Source: Octopus vulgaris (Eukaryota). From it: a stretch of 64,000 nt of DNA. The translations under genes were made by a program, and so were the position numbers. Below the pieces are notes generated by a model. That model worked only from the letters and a program-made list of their open reading frames with translations, was not told where the DNA came from and ran no database searches. The stretch lies in assembly GCA_951406725.2 (NCBI GenBank), contig OX597838.1, positions 29,326,001 through 29,390,000 on the forward strand. The letters are read 5' to 3'. Positions 56,764-64,000 of this stretch are shown here, piece by piece. How positions within the stretch are numbered: position 1 is the first letter of the stretch; each line of letters begins with the position of its first letter.

Positions 56764-57499
56764 CCATCTCTGAAAAAGATGTAGAAATTCAGCCGGAGTT
56801 TTTCGCCTGTAAAGACAGGAAATTCTTTTGATCAGGAAATAAGGACCTGACCTAAAAAGACGGCAGAAGATCCTGGAATGGAACTGTAATTATATCATTG
56901 ATTGAATAAATCGCTTCATGTTTAAAAATTTATGTCTTATTTTTCGCTTAAACAAAAAAAAAACCGAACGGACTTTTTGGCCAACTTAAAATTTTTAAAA
57001 AATGGCTTCTACAGGTCGTTAGTCCGCGCGCCAAAGTAAGTTAAATGAAGAACAAATGCTCTGAATGTCAATCACTGATTTCATAAAACATTAATCATTA
57101 TTCAGGCAACTTCATCTTACAGATGAAACAAAACATATTTTTTTCATCTTTACATCTCTGCTACGTTTCCGTCAGTTCAACTTCCGTTCGTCATCATCAG
57201 ATGTTTTATTAATGGATGTGTACGCGATTACCAGCCTGAGGCGGTTCCTTTCTTCAACCTCTATCACAAATTGTTCTTTACAGATGCACTAATAAAAAAA
57301 AAAGCCATTAGCTCGTAGAATCGCTAGCATGCCGAATTAAATGTTGAGCGGCATTTCTTCCGACTATTTACGTTCTGAGTTCAAATGCCCACCACCGTTT
57401 GACAACTATTGTTTGTTTGTTTAACGTTCCCGTAACTTAACGGTTCGGCAAAAAAGAACGATAGAATATATACGAGACTCTAAAAAAATTTAACTACCA

Positions 57500-57835
57500 A
57501 GATCGGAGTTCAATCCCAATGCTTGGCACCCTGGACAAGCGTCTTCTACTGTAGCCCCGAATCCACCGAAGCCTTGTGAGTGAATTTTGGTTGTCGGGAA
57601 CTGGAAGAAGCCCAACGTATATGTATGTCAGTGTATCTGTGTCTATGCGTGGGTTTGTCCCCCACCGCCACTTGCTTACGTCCCTGAAACTTAGCGGTTC
57701 GGCAGAAGAGACGATAGAATAAGTGTTAGGCTTTAAAACAATGACGTACTGAATTCGATTTACTGGGCGATTTACCTTCAAGGCGGCGCTCCAAAATGGC
57801 CAAAGTTCAATGACCGAAATAAGTAAAAGATAAAG
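57500..57835 (+). mobile_element. Old family-A SINE
   Basis: Diverged but colinear with family A. Confidence 0.7.
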
Positions 57836-58105
57836 GATATTTATAAATGTACTACATTTAATGTCGAATGTGTGAGGACGGAGAGAGTATAATTCATATC
57901 GACCGTATCTGCGGTCCGTTACTATTTTCCCGTCTGAGAAACCGGTTAGAAGTTGGGGAAACTGTAGAGTAACTTCAGAATTTTAAAAAACCTGTGAAAC
58001 AACCGTGACTATCAGGAAATATGAAGCATACATTCAATAATTATAATTTAGCTTTTAACAAATTTTTGGTGCTTATAATAAAATAATATATTTTTTAAAT
58101 TTCAT

Positions 58106-58150
58106 CTAGTTTCAGCTCACGAGCTGTGGCCATGTTGGAGTACCGCCATT
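58106..58150 (-). mobile_element. Isolated 3' tail of the CR1-type LINE
   Basis: ctagtttcagctcacgagctgtggccatgttggagtaccgccatt matches 22241-22285. Confidence 0.8.
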
Positions 58151-58199
58151 TAAAAGAAAAATTTAGCGTTCCCAAGTCTTGGCTATTGTAAAAGACACT

Positions 58200-58432
58200 T
58201 ATTTCTTTATTGCCTACAAGGGGCTACACACAGAGGGGACAAACAAGGACAGACAAACGGATGAAGTCGATCATATCGACCCCAGTGCATAACTGTACTT
58301 ATTTAATCGACCCCGAAAGGATGAAAGGCAAAGTCGACCTCAGCGGAATTTGAACTCAGAACGTAACGGCAGACGAAATACCGCTAAGCTTTTCGCCCGA
58401 CGTGCCAACGTTTCTGCTTGGTCGCCGCCTTT
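58200..58432 (-). mobile_element. SINE family B, full length
   Basis: Complete head, core and AAAGAAATA tail. Confidence 0.9.
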
Positions 58433-58628
58433 AAGTTAACAAAATATTGCAAAATTTTTGGCTTGACACAATATATCGGTTTTTATAGAATACAGAAATT
58501 CTTCATAATGGTATATGGATAACTCTTTCTTCCGTCCTTTCATACACACACACACACTCACACTCACTCACACACATACACACATATACACACACATACA
58601 CACACACATACACTCATGTACACATACA

Positions 58629-58703
<75 letters not shown>

Positions 58704-59086
58704 TCACTCACACACATACACACTCACTCACACACATACACACACACACACATACATACACACATACACACACATACACACATATACACACAAATACATA
58801 CGCGCGCACACACGCATGCACGCACCTACTACTTTGTGTACATATACACACATATAATAAATATATATGTATATATGTATATGATATATACACACACATA
58901 CATGTATACACACGGATCCACACGTATATATATATACACATCTACAAAATATTTTTCTTGCTAACAGATTTTTCTTGCACGAACATTATATTGTAAATAA
59001 ATTACATAGACGAAAAAAATAAATATGGCTATATATATATGTTTGTGTGTGTGCGCGTGTATGAATCTGTCTGTGTGTACGTGTAT

Positions 59087-59153
<67 letters not shown>

Positions 59154-60646
59154 CGCATGTATGTATATAGACTTGTGTATGTGAGTATGTATGTATTCGT
59201 GTATATGTATGCATGCGCGTATCATAAGAATATATGAAAATAATTTTCTCGGAAAATGTGTTGTGAGTCCGAAACAGCGTGAAATTAAATGGTTTGTGAC
59301 GGCTTAGATGCGAGAGATATTGACTGCCATAGCTAAACCGAAACATATGTCGTGTCGATAGCGCATTTATTAACTTTCTGCTATTAGCCGGGATTCACCA
59401 TGAAGGATAGCCATCTCTATAAATCTTACTGTCGCCGCCGCTTTGGTTGCTGCTGCTGTTGTTGCTGCTGTTACTGCTGCTGCTGCTGCTGCTGTAGTCG
59501 TTGTTACACTTGTTGCCAGGTTGTCATTGATTGAGCTGAACTATAATCGAAGGCGTTCCATCTGAGGCCATCCCATGTTAATTAATGTCAGGATTCGCGC
59601 CATGTTTTCTCGTTGTTGTTGTCGGTGGTGGTCATGATGCTGGTGTTGTTGTTGGTGGTGGTGGTGGTGGTGGTGGTGGTGGTGGTGGTGGTGTGGGGGG
59701 GATGGTGATAGCGTTAATGTTGGTGGTGATGGTGGTGGTGATGATGGTGGTGGTGGTGGTGGTGGTGGTGGTGGTGGTGGTAGTGATGGTGGTGGTAGTG
59801 GTGATGGTGGTGGTAGTGGTGATGATGGTGGTGATGGTGGTGGTGGTTGTGGTGATGGTGGTGATGGTGATGGTAGCGATGGTGGGGATGGTGATGGTGG
59901 TGGTGGTGGTGTCGTCGTTTTTGGTGGAGGTATTTGTGATAAAAGTTGTTATAGTGGTGGTGGTGATGGGGGTAATGGTGGTGATGATGGTGATGGTGGT
60001 GATGATGGTGATGATGGTGATGGTGGTGGTGATGGTGGTGGTTGGTGTGCTGGTGTTGGTGGCAGTAGTGGTAGTAGTGGCAATGTTGTTCTTGGTGTTG
60101 TTGGCTGTGGTGGGTGCGGGTGTTGTAGTGGTGATTGTTGTGATGGTGATGTTGATTTTCTTTCTTTAGACTCACGTCAGCCTTAACCACTCAGTCATAT
60201 AATAAAATACATTCCAAACACGACCATCATGACATAATTCTCTCCAAGATTCCATTCTGCATTGTACACTGCCTTTTTGGTTTCTGTTCTGTAATTTTAA
60301 AGACTTGAGGGAGATTTGGCTGTGGTTTCCAACCGATCGGAATCTCATTCTGCTTTGTTCGTATGATTTAAAACTTACTCGACGAATGTGGATTTTCAAT
60401 TTCAATAAAACTGGAAGTGGAGAGAAGGAAGAGGTTTGATGTTGTGGCATTCATGCCACCACCACGATATAAAATAGAGGCGAAATGACCAAATGAACGT
60501 GGATGGTAGTTACAAGCGTCTTCGATTTTTGAGTTGGTAGACCGGAGTTCGATTCCGAGATTTCTTATTTAGCTCTTCATCAGTCACTTAGCTTCAAGTT
60601 GTGAATATTAATCGGTAAGTTCTTAACTGCAGAAGCTATGACATAT

Positions 60647-61038
60647 GGCAGAGACGTTAGCACGCCGGGCGAAATGCTTAGCGGTATTTCGTCTGCCGTT
60701 ACGTTCTGAGTTCAAATTCCGCTGAGGTCGACTTTGCCTTTCGTCCTTTCGGAGTCGATAAATAAAGTACCAGTTTCGCACTGGGGTCGATATAATCGAC
60801 TTAATCCGTTTATCTGTCCTTGTTTGTCCCCTCTATGTTTAGCCCCTTGTGGGTAGTAAAGAAATATATATATATATATTTAAGGCGCAGGAGTGTCTGT
60901 ATGGTAAGTAGCTTGCTTCCCAACCACATGGTTCCGGGTTCAGTTCTACAGCGTGGCACCTTGGGCAAGTGTCTTCTACTATTGCTTCAGGCCGACCAAA
61001 GCTTTGTGGGTGGATTAAGTGGAAAGAAACCCGTCTTA

Positions 61039-61105
<67 letters not shown>

Positions 61106-61313
61106 GTGTGTGTGCGCGTGTCTGTATCCAACCCACCACCATCGCTTGACAACCGATGTTGGTGACTTTTCGTCCCCGTAACCTAGCGGTTCAGCAAAAC
61201 AGACCGATAGAATATGTACTAGGCTTACAAAGAATAAGTTCTAGGGTCGATTTGTTCTTCTAAAGGCGGCGCTCCAGCATGGCCACAGTCAAATGACTGA
61301 ACCAAGTAAAAGA
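60647..61313 (+). mobile_element. Family-B SINE (60647-60865) followed by family-A SINE (60884-61313)
   Basis: Both recognisable by head, core and tail. Confidence 0.85.
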
Positions 61314-61387
<74 letters not shown>

Positions 61388-62039
61388 GAGATTTGTGTGT
61401 AGGAAAAAAAACATGGTTAGCTCAAACTGACGTCAATGGATTGACAGACACCGGTGTCTCGACTTGGTTTAACCTCTTCAGTTCAGTATGAGTTACGCGA
61501 AAACCTTCGATCCTTCGTGGAAATCAACAAATATAACCTTCGCCGGTTTGTGCGAAGTTCAAGTCAAATCAATATACACACTGGAAACGCCATTAGATTG
61601 AAACATAGATATACATAACATTTATAATGTTAACAAGTACATACAAACGCAACATGGCGCCAGCTGTGGTATTTAGTCTCAGAGAAACTTCTCATTAGAC
61701 ACTTAAAGCCAATATTACTCTCTAGTATCTTATTTCTATTTAGTTCACTTGTATTAAACCTAATATCATTATAATACTCCATTCAAGTCTTTTCTTTCGT
61801 TTCTGTGCGCTAGACTCTGTCTAATTCATTCATTTACACGCAACTTTGTTTGGGGGGTTTCAATTTCTTATCTCTATTTCTATATCGATGTTTGTTGCCT
61901 ATATTATATTATATTATTTTTGTTCTCTTCAAAATTGATTTGGTGTAATTTTCTAAACCGAATTTCAAATGAGTTTCTTTGTTGTTGTTTTTTCTGTTGA
62001 ATTCATGCAAAATATAGTGACAAAGCTTCGAAGTGGTCA

Positions 62040-62412
<373 letters not shown>

Positions 62413-62605
62413 GGCGGCAAGCTGGGAGAATCGTTAGCATGCTGGACAAAATGTTTAGTGGCATTTTGTCGGTCTTGACATTCTGCGTTCAAACCCCACT
62501 GAGGTCGACTTTGCCTTTCATCCGTTCGGGGTTGATAAAGTAAGTACCAGTGAAACACTGGTGTAGATGTAATCGACTAGTCCCCTCTCCACAAATTCCA
62601 GTCCT
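62413..62605 (+). mobile_element. SINE family B, diverged
   Basis: GGCGGCAAGCTGGGAGAATCGTTAGC...GAGGTCGACTTTGCCTTTCATCC. Confidence 0.85.
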
Positions 62606-62624
62606 TGTACCTTTAGTAGAAAGG

Positions 62625-62683
<59 letters not shown>

Positions 62684-62802
62684 CAACTTTGATAACTTCG
62701 ATAGGTTTCGGCCAGTATAGGCCCAGGCCATGTCTAACTTAATAACCCCACCTGGTGCCATTACTGTTATCATTATTATTATCATTGTTGTTGTTGTTGT
62801 TG

Positions 62803-62872
<70 letters not shown>

Positions 62873-62874
<2 letters not shown>

Positions 62875-63123
62875 GTTTGACTTTTGCTTTATATTTGTAC
62901 AGGTTGGCTCCAAGTCTCACCCAGAGACCTCAAGAGACAACAGGTTGGAAGTTCATGTTGTTGTTATGCCTAGTGTGCCATATATTTGGTTTTGTATTTA
63001 GTGTTGTACTAGTGAATGTCTTAAAAAAAAGAAAAACGAAAATTATGTTTGTTTTAAAACTTGAGATTACATAGAAAGTATTTTGCGTAGGATATGAGCA
63101 GTTCCCATGAGCACTATCTTTTG
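62873..63123 (-). mobile_element. 3' end of a second R4/Dong-family element in (TAA)n
   Basis: Minus strand 63123-63067 encodes QKIVLMGTAHILRKILSM*, homologous to QKIALLGTAHILRRTLSIQ* of the 35.8-kb element. It has a different ~195-bp 3' UTR and (TAA)n on both sides. Confidence 0.85.
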
Positions 63124-63180
<57 letters not shown>

Positions 63181-63182
<2 letters not shown>

Positions 63183-63513
63183 AGGGGTAAAGACCCCCTT
63201 CGGTCATGAATGACCATGGGATTGCACCTAGAAAGTTACCCTCCTAGACACAAGTCCGGGCAAGGTTGTTTATGGAAGACCAGCAGTCGCCCATGCATAC
63301 CAGCCTCCCTCTCCACGCCACCAGTGTTATCCAAGGGAAAGACAAAGGTCGATACAACTTGGCACCAGTGACGTCGCAACTCATTTCTACAGCTGAGTGA
63401 ACTGGAGCAACGTGAAATAAAGTGCCTTGCTCAAGAACACAACACCCAGCCCGGTCCGGGATTCGAGCTCACAACCTCACGATCGTAAGCTCGACGCTCT
63501 AACCACTGAGCCA
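63181..63513 (-). mobile_element. SINE family C, full length
   Basis: ATGGCTCAGTGGTTAGAGCG...GAGCTCGAATCCC head. Serves as the empty-site reference for the nested insertion at 630-825. Confidence 0.9.
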
Positions 63514-63518
63514 TATTG

Positions 63519-63549
<31 letters not shown>

Positions 63550-64000
63550 TGTTTGCATCATCATTACCATCATTGCCGTTGTCGTCGTCGTTACTATTGG
63601 GGCGGTGAAGTCGCCTAATCGCTAGTGTACTTGAACGAGACTTAATTGTATTCTCTTCCATCTCTTTAGGTTCTGAGTTCGAATCCCGCTGCGGCCTTTT
63701 TATCCTTCATTCTTTCCTGGCTCTGTCGAATAGAGTACTGCTCAAGTAATGCAGCCAACGGTGTCAACTAATCCTACCTCCACTCAAAACTGTGGGCTTG
63801 GGCCTAAATTCAAAAACATTATTGTTGTTGTTGTTGTTGTTGTTGTTGTGTTATTGTTTTCCGTGATAAAAGAGTATTTTTGTAAAACACGTTTTCGCCA
63901 GCGTTACAAATCAAAAAGCATTCCTTAACATGGATCGAGTTAAGATAAAAGAGAAAAAAACGTGGTAGTGGTGCGTTGCACTAGAGGATGCCTCCTTCCC

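Larger units (their letters stand above)
55732..56990 (+). pseudogene. Decayed mariner transposase 3' half with right TIR, split by two SINEs
   Basis: LDKLNAAIHRKRP...IVFYRDN (55732-55820), EVLLHPPYSPELAITDFHLFRSV*NSLNG (56262-56348; YSPDLAP motif), EFFACKDRKFF (~56795-56828), and a TIR-like cggactttttggccaac near 56970-56986. Confidence 0.85.

Noticed and set aside
57150-57210. Minus-strand CUGAUGA...GAAACGUA hammerhead-like string
   Set aside because: Stem II does not pair, and stem I is not adjacent to the cleavage site.

Overview
AT-rich, repeat-saturated eukaryotic DNA with no host protein-coding gene that I can support. The tRNA-derived SINE families and the microsatellite load point to a coleoid cephalopod, most likely Octopus (inference). 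Nearly all long ORFs in the track are translations of microsatellites. The supportable content is: (1) a 5'-truncated, frameshifted R4/Dong-clade non-LTR retrotransposon (RT, CCHC, PD-(D/E)xK nuclease) inside a (TAA)n array at 35.8-37.8 kb, plus the 3' end of a second Dong family in another (TAA)n array; (2) many copies of three SINE families, plus RTE, CR1-type, Penelope and mariner remnants; (3) a 9-unit ~138-bp satellite; (4) several type I hammerhead ribozyme motifs. The hammerheads are the most interesting part. They include a ~334-nt tandem/inverted retrozyme-like array (1.15-2.3 kb), a fully paired hammerhead with a swapped G3:C8 core (7211-7258, minus), a CUGUUGA-core family, and a canonical core beside a Penelope fragment. 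One SINE subfamily appears to insert preferentially at GGTAT, and SINE family A shares its 3' stem-loop tail with a CR1-type LINE. All alignments and folds were done by eye, so repeat boundaries are approximate.
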